A stretch of 64,000 nt of DNA from Atribacterota bacterium. GTDB taxonomy: Bacteria > Atribacterota > Phoenicimicrobiia > Phoenicimicrobiales > Stramentimicrobiaceae. The stretch lies in NCBI GenBank assembly GCA_040767965.1, contig JAXGNR010000004.1, forward strand, positions 128,001 through 192,000, given 5' to 3'. Below are positions 32,801 to 42,910 of this stretch, piece after piece (within the stretch, counting starts at the first letter, position 1; the number at the start of each line of letters is the position of its first letter). The notes under the pieces were generated by a model. That model searched no databases and was not told the origin of the DNA. It saw only the letters and a list, made by a program, of their open reading frames with translations. A program made the translations under genes and the position numbers.

Positions 32801-33258
32801 ATCCGGAAATACAATTAAAAATAGAAAGTTATATACCTGTTTCTTATATTTCTGATGCAGAAAAAAGAGTTTTGTATTATCAAAAACTAAGCCAGGTCAA
32901 AAAAAGCAGCGATTTGGAAGATATTGAACAGGAATTAAAAGATATCTATGGTCCTTATCCATATGAGATTTCTAATCTACTCTCAGTAATTGATTTAAAG
33001 TTAAAGGTAAAAAATCTTGGAGTAACCCAGATAAGGATTAATCCTTCTTTTATTGTATATCGATACAATCGTAATTCCCGGTTTGAAAAAAACCTGGAAA
33101 AGCTTGAAGTTAAAAATTCTTCACTTTACAAATATAACAAAGGATCTATTAATGAATTAAAAATATCAGTAAAAAATAATGGAAATAGCGCTGTTTCAGG
33201 AAATATTTTTCAGCAAAACAATCTTTTGTTGAAAAAATTGAGATCCGAAAATAATTGA
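29824..33258 (+). CDS. mfd: Transcription-repair coupling factor
   Basis: HHGIGRY, GDVGYGKTE, IDEEQRFG, QLRGRVGR, RDLEIRGAG. Confidence 0.97.
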   Translation: MIKTVQLFNENIEFKQFLQDFNKRVEKKYLITGLHGSSVSFFISSLLDNEIHPSSKLLLFSSQEEALHFYQDLIELNGKSENRKILFFPSFEVRPYEDNTKDTRILEQRIKVLAALSQSLENNFQQKEAFFSQDIVISTYKAVLPKIMTVNDFKKLNYVLKVTDKIKIEDIQKHLINQGFESTYMIDYQGQFSIRGGIIDFFPFTEEDPIRIELNEDEIESIRFFDLATQRSLKKVSEISLQPQRELGEYKDKDEMEHSSIFDYLSVDSDIIIYKYSEFENRIEEYIKEIEQCYNAKKEESLKFLFPPAHYYLDYKQLKDLIKQKSHLVVLDEQKTPKNIKENKFKEYAINTQPTRSYFGQLDLFFEDLKNWQKENKTIMIIAQNKGRAVRMAEIFEDRAIKQYQLLSLEKAECASDFICLSYGKINYGFSIPDMQFLLLTDQEIFGRERDRSYRNKRYQGKPLYQVDELKKGDFLVHIHHGIGRYVGIRSRKTDGIQSDYLLIKYAADDELYVPVDQLNLVHKYIGAGDQSPKLYRLGGSTWDRVKRKVKDSIQKTARELFELYQNRKNIQGYSFSSDSVWQQELEMAFPFEETPDQNKAWSDVKKDMESVQPMERLICGDVGYGKTEIAIRAAFKAVMDNKQVAVLTPTTILTQQHWENFSERMKSFPVKIEMLSRFKSKKEQQKIITDLKKGKIDIVIGTHRLVQEDIVFHDLGLLIIDEEQRFGVIHKERIKKIKEQVDSLTLTATPIPRTLYFSLIGVREMSLMNTPPELRLPIVTYLREKENRIIQEAIRREIDREGQIYYVHNKVEDIDIVADQIKEIVPEARIVVAHGQMSEHILEKIMIDFLNKEYDVLVCTTIIEIGLDIPNVNTIIIDEAQNFGLSQLYQLRGRVGRTDRRAYAYLLYPDKKILTENARKRMQAIKEFSDLGSGFRLAMRDLEIRGAGNLLGKEQHGFVSEVGFNFYCKLLEDSISELKQIEAGESKEGERDPEIQLKIESYIPVSYISDAEKRVLYYQKLSQVKKSSDLEDIEQELKDIYGPYPYEISNLLSVIDLKLKVKNLGVTQIRINPSFIVYRYNRNSRFEKNLEKLEVKNSSLYKYNKGSINELKISVKNNGNSAVSGNIFQQNNLLLKKLRSENN

Positions 33259-33753
33259 TATGATGAATTGTTGACATTAATGTTATAATCGTTTTGGGTA
33301 AATGCGAATAATTAAATTGAAATTAATGGGATAGACAAAAATATTGTATTTGCTCAATAAAATGCTAAATACAAACAAACCACAAGTGATTTTTTGTTGC
33401 ATTGCAATATTATCCATTGATAATACTATCTAAAGAGTAATGCTAAAATTACTTGTCATATAAGTTATACTATAACTTCAAAATATTTTTAAAAATCTTT
33501 ATTATCTTACTAACTGAAATAACAGTAAAATATATTCTATTTTTATAAAAATTTTATATATTTTTAAATAGTTTTTAATTTTTTAATTATATAATAATGT
33601 TGTTACTATTTTTATTGGATAATGGCAACTAAAAAACAATAAACTAGTCTTTATCACTTTAACTAGCAAAAATAGCATATAAATTAAATCTATAATAAAT
33701 AAAAAATGAAGTTAAATTTTTAAGTTTGATTATAAAATTACAAAAAAGCAGGT

Positions 33754-34182
33754 TTGAAAATGCCAGAAAAATTTGAATCAGAACAAGAACTTTTTTCCGA
33801 ATTAATAGCAATTGTAACTAAGTTAAGAGGACCTCAAGGATGTTTATGGGATAAAAAACAAACTTTAGCCAGCATGATTCCCAACATTATAGAAGAAGCA
33901 GAAGAGGTGAAAGAAGCTGTAGCTGCTAAAGATTATCAAAATCTTTGTGAAGAACTAGGTGACTTGCTGGTGGATATCTTAATGGAAATTCAGATTGCCA
34001 AAGAAGAAGGATTATTTGATTATCAACAGGTTTTACAGGGTGCTAAGGAAAAATTTATTCGCCGCCATCCTCATGTTTTTGGGGATATAAGCGTAGAAAC
34101 ACCAGAAGAGGCTCTTCTTGTCTGGAAAAAAATGAAAAAGAAAGAGAAAGAAGATCGTTCCCGTGATCCGGAAGTGAATTGA
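33754..34182 (+). CDS. mazG: Single-domain MazG nucleotide pyrophosphohydrolase
   Basis: GCLWDKKQT, EELGDLL, RRHPHVFG. Confidence 0.9.
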   Translation: MKMPEKFESEQELFSELIAIVTKLRGPQGCLWDKKQTLASMIPNIIEEAEEVKEAVAAKDYQNLCEELGDLLVDILMEIQIAKEEGLFDYQQVLQGAKEKFIRRHPHVFGDISVETPEEALLVWKKMKKKEKEDRSRDPEVN

Positions 34183-34241
34183 TATTTATTTTTGCAAATA
34201 ATCCGATTTAAATGAATGTTTTTTAGAAGAGGGGTGAAAAA

Positions 34242-35561
34242 ATGAAAAAGATTAAATTAACAGTTAATTATCATAGGCTATTATTAAATATACTTTTTGC
34301 TGGAGCATTTTTTTTCTTTTCAGGTATTTTATCTTTGACATTACTTGCTGCTGATGCTTCTGATATAAGTTTAGATGAATGTATTCAGATAGCCCTGGAA
34401 AATAATTTAGGTTATCAAATTACAAAAAGTACTGTTGATATAAAAGATGAACAGGTAAAAGAAGCTGAAGGAGCAAGTAAAATAAATGCTAAATTTCAAG
34501 CAGGCTATATCAGAATGAATGATGCGCCAGATCCGGAAAGTATATTAGAAGGTGATTTTAGTTATCTGTTTTCCACAGGACAGAGCGTTCCTCAAATTTC
34601 TTTTAATTTCTCTAAAGTATTGTATAGTGGAGGAAAACTAAAAACAATTGTGGAACAAGCCGACGCTGAGAAAAATATTTCCTTAAATGAATTAGAGCAA
34701 AAAAAGCATGAGATTATATACCAGGTAACACAAGCTTATTATCAGGTTTTGCAAGCAGAAGGAATGATGAAAGTAACAGAGCAAGCCTTAACACAGATCA
34801 AGGCTCATCTGGGCAATTCCGAAGCTTTACTGGCAGAAGGTATGATAGCCCCTATTGATTTAAATAGAATTAAATCACAATTGTCCAGTCTTGAACATAA
34901 TTTAATCCAGGCTGAAAACGGACTCATACTGGCTTTTTATAATTTAAATGCTGTTATGGGTATTGAATTGCTGGCAGTTACGAGTTTAAAGAACAATTTA
35001 ACTTATTATCCTTGTGAAATTACTCTGGAAGAAGCTCTGGAGAAAGGAAAAACAATCAGGCCTGAAATTAAAAATTTAACCGAACAAAGAGTGATAATGG
35101 AAGGTATGGTTGATATTGCAAAAAGCAATAAAAAACCTCAAATAGTCATGAATATGCAAACTGGTTTAAGCGGCTGGCAGATTGCCGTTATGGGTGAAGT
35201 GCCTATTCTGGATGGCGGAATAAATGATGCGAAAATAAAACAAGCAGAATTGAGCCTTGGTCAGGTTGATCAGGGAAGAAAACAAATTGAACAAATGATT
35301 GAATTTGAAATCCGCTCAGCTTATTTGAAGATGAAAGAGGCTGAAAAGTTAATTAAAATAACTGAACAGGGCATTGAAGATTCTGCAGAAAGTTTTCGAA
35401 TTGCCCAGGTTAAATATAATGAAGGTATTGCAACTAATGCGGAAGTAATTGATGCTCAGAGTGCCTTGATAGAAGCAGAAACTAATCATTTGAATGCTCT
35501 CTATGAATACAATATTAACCAGGCAGCTTTAATCAAAGCAATGGGCAATGCTGACCGGTAG
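34242..35561 (+). CDS. TolC-family outer membrane factor
   Basis: Signal peptide, ALENN motif, OEP repeat YNEGIAT..EVIDAQ. Confidence 0.88.
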   Translation: MKKIKLTVNYHRLLLNILFAGAFFFFSGILSLTLLAADASDISLDECIQIALENNLGYQITKSTVDIKDEQVKEAEGASKINAKFQAGYIRMNDAPDPESILEGDFSYLFSTGQSVPQISFNFSKVLYSGGKLKTIVEQADAEKNISLNELEQKKHEIIYQVTQAYYQVLQAEGMMKVTEQALTQIKAHLGNSEALLAEGMIAPIDLNRIKSQLSSLEHNLIQAENGLILAFYNLNAVMGIELLAVTSLKNNLTYYPCEITLEEALEKGKTIRPEIKNLTEQRVIMEGMVDIAKSNKKPQIVMNMQTGLSGWQIAVMGEVPILDGGINDAKIKQAELSLGQVDQGRKQIEQMIEFEIRSAYLKMKEAEKLIKITEQGIEDSAESFRIAQVKYNEGIATNAEVIDAQSALIEAETNHLNALYEYNINQAALIKAMGNADR

Positions 35562-35785
35562 CCCATGATTATATAATCACATAGAAAGATATAGGATACA
35601 ATAAAAAAAGTATAAAATTATAATATATATAATTTAATATACATAAAATATATATAATACACATAATAAATATATGAATTAGAATTATTATAATAATACA
35701 AAAGTAGTTATTATTTTAATTTTATCCACCATACATAAAGCATAGAAGTATAAAATACATTAATCTTAAGGAGAACTGATTACAG

Positions 35786-37078
35786 ATGAAAATTAGAGGA
35801 CGATCGCTTTTTTTTATTTTTTTATTTTTGATTATAATAGGACTGGTTGCATTTAGGGTAACTACAAAATTAGATAAAGATAATATTAATAATAATGAAA
35901 ATACCTCTTTAATGCAAAACCAGGAGGAACGGATAATACCTGTCCAAACAGGTCAAGTAGAGAGGGGAAGTATTAAATCATTTCTATCGGTATCCGGCCT
36001 GGTTGAACCAAAAGAAACTGTCAGAGTCTTTCCTAAAAGTGCCGGGCAGGTGAAGGAAATTCTTGTAGAAGAGGGTAATTTTGTCAATAAAAATGATATT
36101 TTATTACGCTTGGATGATGAACAAATCAGACTGCAGGTAGCCCAGACAAAAGCCACTCTTGATTCTGCCCAAGCTTCTTTAGAAAAAGTGAAAGCTGGAG
36201 CAAGACCTCAAGAAATAAGTCAGGTAGAAGCGGCAGTTCGCCAAGCTGAGATAAATAAAATAAGTTCAGAAGAAAATTATTTACGGATGCAAAAATTATT
36301 TTCTGAAGGAGCTGTTTCAGAACAGCAATTTGAACAGGCAAAAAATCAATTTGAGATAGCTGAAGCCCAGTATCAATCTGCTAGTGAAAATTACAAGCTG
36401 GTTTTAGAAGGCGCTTCAGAACAAGATCTGAGAGCGATGGAAGCTCAGGTCAGGCAGGCTCAGTCTGCACTGGAATTGACTCAATCACAGTTAAATAATT
36501 CTGTCGTAAGAGCACCAATTAGTGGAAAAATAGGTATGATTAATGCAAAAATTGGAGAAATTGCGTCTTCAGCAATGCCGGTACTGGTAATTGTTGATAC
36601 CAGTGACTTGTATGTTAACACGGGGATTTCTGAAAAAGATGTAGCTACCGTACAAGTTGGTCAGCAGGCAGAAGTGTTTATTGACGCCTACTCACAAATG
36701 ATTTTTCAGGGAGAGATTGTCAGCAAGGGTATAATGGTTGATCCTGCAAGCAAAATGATGGATATAAAAATTAAAATTATTGATGCAGATCTGGAAATTC
36801 CTCCAGGCGTTTTTGCCAGGGCAAATGTTACTGTAAAAGAAAAAACCGATGCTTTAATTATCCCGGATACTGCCTTGACCAGGAAAAGAGATGGCATTTA
36901 TGTTTTTGTTTTAAAAGAAGAACAGGCTGAACAAAGAATCGTTGTTCCTGGTATCAGCCAGGGTGGTAAAGTAGAGATACTGCAGGGACTGACAGAAGGT
37001 GAAGAGATTATAATTTCTGGGAATTTAACTTTACAGGATGGAGATAAAGTTAGAGTAGTCAACAGGGAGGAAAGATAG
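35786..37078 (+). CDS. RND periplasmic adaptor (MFP)
   Basis: N-terminal TM, lipoyl halves, long coiled coil, VRAPISG. Confidence 0.92.
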   Translation: MKIRGRSLFFIFLFLIIIGLVAFRVTTKLDKDNINNNENTSLMQNQEERIIPVQTGQVERGSIKSFLSVSGLVEPKETVRVFPKSAGQVKEILVEEGNFVNKNDILLRLDDEQIRLQVAQTKATLDSAQASLEKVKAGARPQEISQVEAAVRQAEINKISSEENYLRMQKLFSEGAVSEQQFEQAKNQFEIAEAQYQSASENYKLVLEGASEQDLRAMEAQVRQAQSALELTQSQLNNSVVRAPISGKIGMINAKIGEIASSAMPVLVIVDTSDLYVNTGISEKDVATVQVGQQAEVFIDAYSQMIFQGEIVSKGIMVDPASKMMDIKIKIIDADLEIPPGVFARANVTVKEKTDALIIPDTALTRKRDGIYVFVLKEEQAEQRIVVPGISQGGKVEILQGLTEGEEIIISGNLTLQDGDKVRVVNREER

Positions 37079-37080
37079 CA

Positions 37081-40000
37081 GTGAATCTACCAAAATTTTC
37101 AGTTAACAGGCCTGTAACAATTTTGATGTTATTTATAGCTTTGATTGTGCTTGGAGTTATTTCTTATCAGGGACTGGGCCTTGATTTATTACCAGATCTT
37201 TCTTTCCCGGTATCAGCAATTATAGTATCTTATCCAGGCGTAGCCCCGGAAGAAATAGAAACCCTGATTACGATCCCTCTGGAAGAAGCTGTCAGCACAA
37301 TGAGTCAGATAGATACTGTAAGCTCCTTTTCTCAGGAAGGAAGCTCAGTTATTCTTTTATCTTTCCAGTGGGGCACTAATATGGACATAGTTTCATTGGA
37401 AATAAGAGAAAAAATAGATATGGTAAAAGGCATTCTTCCCAGTGATGCAAGCGACCCAACTGTTTTCAAGGCGGACCCATCTATGATGCCAATGATGGTT
37501 TTAGGAATGGGATCTAAACAATATGAGTTGCATGAATTAGAAAAATATGCCCAGGATATTGTTAAGCCAAGATTAGAAAGGCTGGAAGGGATAGCCCAGG
37601 CATCTTTGACAGGTGGCTTGGAAAGAGAAATATTAATTTCTTTAGATAATGAAAAGATTAGGGCAAATCAGATAACTCTGGATCAGGTGGTAATGTCATT
37701 AAGAAGTGAAAACATAAACCTGCCTGCAGGTACTGTCAGAGACGGAAATGTTGATTTGCTTATAAGAACTCTTGGCAGATTTGAAGATATAGAAGGCATA
37801 AAGAATGTGATAATAACCAATATGCAGGGAAACCAAATATATTTAAAAGATATTGCCAGGATTGAAGACACTTTTAAAGAACAATCCACAATTAATTATG
37901 TTAACAGACTACCAAGTGTTGCCTTTAGTATTCAAAAAGAATCAGGAGCAAATACTGTTATAGTTGCCAATAGGGTAAATGATGAATTGACAAGAATCCA
38001 AAGATTACTTCCTGGCGATATTGAAATAATAAATATTTTTGATACTTCTGATTTTATTAAAAAAACAATTGCAGAAGTTACCAGCACCTTGTTGATTGGA
38101 GCTGTTTTAGCAATACTGGTATTGTATATATTCCTGCGAAGTTTCAGCAGCACTTTAACAATAGGATTAGCAATTCCAATTTCTGTTATATCCACTTTTA
38201 CATTGCTTTATTTTGCTGATTTGACATTAAATATGATGACTTTAGGCGGATTAGCTCTGGGAATAGGAATGTTGGTTGATAATGGTATTGTAGTATCTGA
38301 AAATATTTATCGCCACCGGCAAATGGGAGAAGATGCAATTCTGGCATCACAGGACGGGGCAAATGAAGTAAGTCAGGCAATAACTGCTTCTACCCTGACG
38401 ACTATTGCTGTTTTTTTACCGGTAGCTTATGTTTCCGGGATTGCAGGAGAATTATTTAAATCAATGGGCTTAACCATTACCTTTTCCTTAATTATGTCCT
38501 TATTCGTAGCACTAACCTTAATCCCAATGCTTTCTTCGAAATTGATCAGGAGAAAACTGGTTTCAGAACAATCATCTGTTGTTAAAAAAGAAGGAGATAA
38601 TATAAATGATCCTGCTGATTACAATAAAAATAAGGAAGATTATGGATATATTGCTGGGAAAGGCGGTTTGTTTAATTTTATAAATCGTATGTATGGAAAA
38701 TTGATTCAAGCATCTTTAAGATACAGAGCTGTAGTAGTTTTTTTAGCAATTGCCATCATGGTAGGATCTTTTTTCCTTTTACCGATAATTGGTACAGAGT
38801 TTTTCCCTTCAGTAGACCAGGGATCTTTTAATGTTAATCTGTCTTTGCCAGTGGGAACAAATTTAGAAGTAACCAGAGAAATAGTAAAAGATATTGAGGG
38901 AATAACAATGAGCATTCCTGAGGTAAAGAATGTTTTCACCAGCATTGGCGGAGATGGAATGGGAATGGGAATGGGTGGTTCTGGCAGCTCAGGAACATTA
39001 ATGGTAACTTTAATCGAACAGTCCAGCAGAGAAAAAGCAGTCAAAGAGGTTATTGCTGATCTGCGAAGCAGAATAACCGATTACCCTGATGTAAAAATCA
39101 ATATCAGTGAACAAGGTATGTCTTTCTCATCAGGTGGCTCGCCTTTATCAGTTAAAATTACCGGAGATTCTATAAAGGAATTGGATTATCTAGCACAGGT
39201 AATGATTAGCCTGTTAAGTGAAGTGGAAGGTGTATATGATTTGCAAAGCAGCCTTGAAGAAGTGCGTCCGGAACTGCATATTAATATAGACCGCCAAAAG
39301 GCTAATATATACGGCTTAAGTTCAGGTCAAATTGCTACCAGTATCCAGGATGCTGTATTGGGAAAAGTTGCAAGTTATTATCAGGAAGAAGGAGATCAAT
39401 ATGATATCCGAGTCATTCTGGATAAAGAAAATCTGGATAATATCCAGCAATTGGAGAATTTATATATAAGTTCAGGGTATGGGCTGCAAATTCCTTTAAA
39501 AGAAGTAGCAGAAGTTGTATCAGGAACTGGTCCTCAAAGGATAAACAGGGAAAATCAGCAGAGAACTGTTACTGTTTCCGGAAATATTGGAGGAAGATTT
39601 TTGGGAAGCATTATCACAGATGCCCGGAAAAAAATAAGTTCCATAGTTTTACCGGATGGTTATAATTACACATTTGCCGGAGAAAATCAGGAAATGGTCG
39701 AATCATTTCAAAGCCTTTTCTTTGCCTTGATTCTTTCAATATTTTTAGTATACATGATCATCGCTGCCCAGTTTGAATCACTATTATTCCCATTTGCAGT
39801 TATTCTCGCAGTTCCTTTTGCCTTAATTGGAGTGATAATAGCCTTATTGCTGGCAGATACCAGCTTTAATGTCCTTGCCTTTATCGGAGTGATTATGCTG
39901 GCAGGTATTGTGGTAAACAATGCTATTGTTTTAATTGATTATATAAATCAGTTAAGAAAAAAAGGATTAGAGAGAAATGAAGCTGTGATTCAAGGGGGCA

Positions 40001-40218
40001 GAACAAGACTGAGACCAATTTTAATGACTACTTTAACAACAATCTTGGCTATGCTACCTATGGCTATAGCGACAGGAGAAGGTGCAGAGATGAGGGCACC
40101 ATTGGCTGCTACAATTATAGGCGGATTAACCTCTTCAACTTTCCTGACTTTGATTGTTGTCCCTATCTTTTATACTTACCTTGATGATTTAGCCAGAAAA
40201 TTTCATTTTAATTTTTAA
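37081..40218 (+). CDS. RND efflux permease (AcrB/SwrC-like)
   Basis: 1045 aa, GMLVDNGIVVSENI, RLRPILMTTLTT. Confidence 0.95.
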   Translation: MNLPKFSVNRPVTILMLFIALIVLGVISYQGLGLDLLPDLSFPVSAIIVSYPGVAPEEIETLITIPLEEAVSTMSQIDTVSSFSQEGSSVILLSFQWGTNMDIVSLEIREKIDMVKGILPSDASDPTVFKADPSMMPMMVLGMGSKQYELHELEKYAQDIVKPRLERLEGIAQASLTGGLEREILISLDNEKIRANQITLDQVVMSLRSENINLPAGTVRDGNVDLLIRTLGRFEDIEGIKNVIITNMQGNQIYLKDIARIEDTFKEQSTINYVNRLPSVAFSIQKESGANTVIVANRVNDELTRIQRLLPGDIEIINIFDTSDFIKKTIAEVTSTLLIGAVLAILVLYIFLRSFSSTLTIGLAIPISVISTFTLLYFADLTLNMMTLGGLALGIGMLVDNGIVVSENIYRHRQMGEDAILASQDGANEVSQAITASTLTTIAVFLPVAYVSGIAGELFKSMGLTITFSLIMSLFVALTLIPMLSSKLIRRKLVSEQSSVVKKEGDNINDPADYNKNKEDYGYIAGKGGLFNFINRMYGKLIQASLRYRAVVVFLAIAIMVGSFFLLPIIGTEFFPSVDQGSFNVNLSLPVGTNLEVTREIVKDIEGITMSIPEVKNVFTSIGGDGMGMGMGGSGSSGTLMVTLIEQSSREKAVKEVIADLRSRITDYPDVKINISEQGMSFSSGGSPLSVKITGDSIKELDYLAQVMISLLSEVEGVYDLQSSLEEVRPELHINIDRQKANIYGLSSGQIATSIQDAVLGKVASYYQEEGDQYDIRVILDKENLDNIQQLENLYISSGYGLQIPLKEVAEVVSGTGPQRINRENQQRTVTVSGNIGGRFLGSIITDARKKISSIVLPDGYNYTFAGENQEMVESFQSLFFALILSIFLVYMIIAAQFESLLFPFAVILAVPFALIGVIIALLLADTSFNVLAFIGVIMLAGIVVNNAIVLIDYINQLRKKGLERNEAVIQGGRTRLRPILMTTLTTILAMLPMAIATGEGAEMRAPLAATIIGGLTSSTFLTLIVVPIFYTYLDDLARKFHFNF

Positions 40219-40411
40219 AACTGAAAGCAGATTTATTTTTTATTAAAATAAATAAATACTTGTGTTAAGTTAATTTATTAATTATACTTGCATAGATTTA
40301 CTATAACCTTTAAGATATGTATAATAGATTTATTATGAAATAATTGTAATTAAAATTGCAATAAAAAGAATTAAAATATTCCCAGAACCAATATTCAGGA
40401 GGATTGATAAG

Positions 40412-42160
40412 TTGAAAAATATTAAAACAAAACAAAGTTTTTTATTTATTTTTTTATTAATGATTATTTTTTTTCTATGCGTTAATAATGGTTTAGCCCA
40501 GAATAATGGCAGGATTACAGCTATTGTAGTACGCGGAAATGAAAACATTGAAGTTTCTTTGATTGTATCTCAGATTTCCTCAAATATTGGTGATTTATTC
40601 TCTAAAGATAATGTGCAAACTGACATGGCAGCAATTTTTGATTTAGGATACTTTCAGGATGTCCAGGTAAAGCTGGAACCTTTCCGGGATGGTTATCGTG
40701 TCGTATTTCAGGTTGTTGAAAATTCTATAATTGAAGATATACAAATTGAAGGAAGTACTACGTTGAGCCAGGATGAGATTGAAAAAGTAATGGTAATAAA
40801 GAAGGGACAGGTATTTTCCCAAAAGATTCTACAGAATGACCTGGATAGAATATCAGAATTGTATCGGGAAAAAGGTTTAATCTTAGCTCAGATGGAAGAA
40901 ATATATTTTGATCAAAAGACCGGAGGATTATTTATCAAGCTTACTGAAGGAAGAATAGAGGAAATTCAAATTACCGGCAATGTTAAAACAATAGAGAAAG
41001 TAATCAGAAGAGAGATAGACATTGAACCAGGACAGTTATTTAATTTTGATGAAGTGAGAAAATCATTGCAAAAAATATATAATCTTGGCTTTTTTGAAGA
41101 TGTTACCATGAAGTTAGAGCCTGGTAATGAAGATCAATCAATCATATTAATAGTTGAAGTAATTGAAAAGAGTACTGGATTACTGGGTGGAGGCGGAGGT
41201 TATAGTTCAGGAGAAGGTCTTTTCGCCTATGCAAGTATCAAAGAATCTAACCTTTTTGGACGAGGACAGAGCATTGAGGCCAAACTGGAAGTAGGGACCA
41301 GGACAACGTACAGTGTTTCTTTCTATGAGCCATGGCTGGGTAATACTCCTACTTTTTTTGGAATAGATGCATATGATTCATTTTTAACTAAAAAAGAGGA
41401 AATAAACAGTGTTGATTCTGAATATGAGATAGCCCGGTTAGGCGGGAAACTAACATTTGGCAGGACTTTTAAAGATAAATTTAAGGTTGGTATTGAATTT
41501 AAAACAGAAGAATCTACTTATGAATTAATTTCAGGCCAATTACCTGAAAATATCCAGGAAGGGTTAACAAACAGTTTTAGACCAATTTTAATTTATGATA
41601 CACGTGATGATAGATTTAATCCTACAGAAGGATGGTTTGGCACTGCTTCAATTCAGAATGCTGGAGGAATATTGGGTGGAGATTATAATTTTAGAAAATA
41701 TGATCTGGATCTGCGCACCTACTTATCTACTGACTTTTTTGGAGAAGCTGAAGATGACGAACAAAATGATACTTCAATTACCGGTACTTTAAATAAAGGG
41801 GTTTTGGCAATGAGGGCGATGGCCGGTATTGGCGATACAGTCTTACCTTCTTTTACAAAATATGAAGTAGGTGGATTGGGAACTATTCGCGGATATGATT
41901 ATAAGGAATTCTCAGGTGACTCTATGCTGGTTTTAAATGTTGAATATCGTTTCCCTTTTTCTGATAACCTGCAGGGGGTTGTTTTTGCCGATATAGGAAA
42001 TGCCTGGGATTATGGAGACACTATAAATATTGGTGATTTAAAGTTTGGAAAAGGATTTGGAATAAGGTTTGATACTTTTTTAGGGCCGATTGGAATAGAT
42101 TATGGCATTGGAGAATCCCAGGAAGGAAAAACCTATTTTAGCATTGGACATACTTTTTAG
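40412..42160 (+). CDS. bamA: Omp85/BamA outer membrane assembly factor (about 3 POTRA domains)
   Basis: POTRA repeats, IRGY motif, C-terminal FSIGHTF. Confidence 0.9.
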   Translation: MKNIKTKQSFLFIFLLMIIFFLCVNNGLAQNNGRITAIVVRGNENIEVSLIVSQISSNIGDLFSKDNVQTDMAAIFDLGYFQDVQVKLEPFRDGYRVVFQVVENSIIEDIQIEGSTTLSQDEIEKVMVIKKGQVFSQKILQNDLDRISELYREKGLILAQMEEIYFDQKTGGLFIKLTEGRIEEIQITGNVKTIEKVIRREIDIEPGQLFNFDEVRKSLQKIYNLGFFEDVTMKLEPGNEDQSIILIVEVIEKSTGLLGGGGGYSSGEGLFAYASIKESNLFGRGQSIEAKLEVGTRTTYSVSFYEPWLGNTPTFFGIDAYDSFLTKKEEINSVDSEYEIARLGGKLTFGRTFKDKFKVGIEFKTEESTYELISGQLPENIQEGLTNSFRPILIYDTRDDRFNPTEGWFGTASIQNAGGILGGDYNFRKYDLDLRTYLSTDFFGEAEDDEQNDTSITGTLNKGVLAMRAMAGIGDTVLPSFTKYEVGGLGTIRGYDYKEFSGDSMLVLNVEYRFPFSDNLQGVVFADIGNAWDYGDTINIGDLKFGKGFGIRFDTFLGPIGIDYGIGESQEGKTYFSIGHTF

Positions 42161-42291
42161 CAATACTTATCAATTTAAACTAAAGTTTTTAGAAATGAAA
42201 TATCTGAAAACTTCTAAAAAATAAACGAAATAAGAAAAGTCGCTTTAATAGTTATTATAACAATTGTATAGATAAAATAAGGAGGAAGAAA

Positions 42292-42822
42292 ATGTTTTTT
42301 AACTTGAATGTATTTACAAAATGGCAAAGTAAATTATGTATCTCTCTAAGTGTAGTTTTAATACTGCTAGCAATTTCCATGGTTGGTGCAAGTGCCCAGA
42401 GCATTGGCTTTATCAGCCTGACAAGGGTTACTGCAAGCCATCCTAATACAGAAAAAATAAATCAATTAAACCAGGAATTAAGAGCTGAGTTACAGACCAG
42501 GCAGGAAAAGCTTAATCAAGAAGGAAAAGGTCTTGAAGAGGCAGATTTGATAAAATTAGAAGAAAAATTCAACTCTGAATGGGAACCTGTAAAACAAAAA
42601 ATGCTTGCCCAATTACAAGCTTTGCAAGTTGAAAGAAATTCAGATATTATCCAGGCAATCAGAGCTGTTGGAGAAAAAGGAAATTATCAAGCGATTCTAA
42701 ATAGTGAAGTACCGGTTTTTACCGGAAATGATATGACTGAATACCCTATTATTTTGTATGGAGGAGAAAATGTTACCCAGGATGTAATAACTGAAATACA
42801 GAATATGGCTGCTGCTCAGTAA
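42292..42822 (+). CDS. skp: OmpH/Skp periplasmic chaperone
   Basis: Signal peptide, SIGFIS..V...HP, coiled coil; follows bamA. Confidence 0.75.
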   Translation: MFFNLNVFTKWQSKLCISLSVVLILLAISMVGASAQSIGFISLTRVTASHPNTEKINQLNQELRAELQTRQEKLNQEGKGLEEADLIKLEEKFNSEWEPVKQKMLAQLQALQVERNSDIIQAIRAVGEKGNYQAILNSEVPVFTGNDMTEYPIILYGGENVTQDVITEIQNMAAAQ

Positions 42823-42910
42823 TAATAGCAAAGGTTGATTCTTTAAAAAATATGAGTAGTTAGAAAATTAATTATATTTGTAGATAAATTGATCTTTGTA
42901 GGAGAAGTAT

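Noticed and set aside
38955-38975. GGAATG tandem repeat
   Set aside because: Encodes a GMGMGMG loop of the RND permease.
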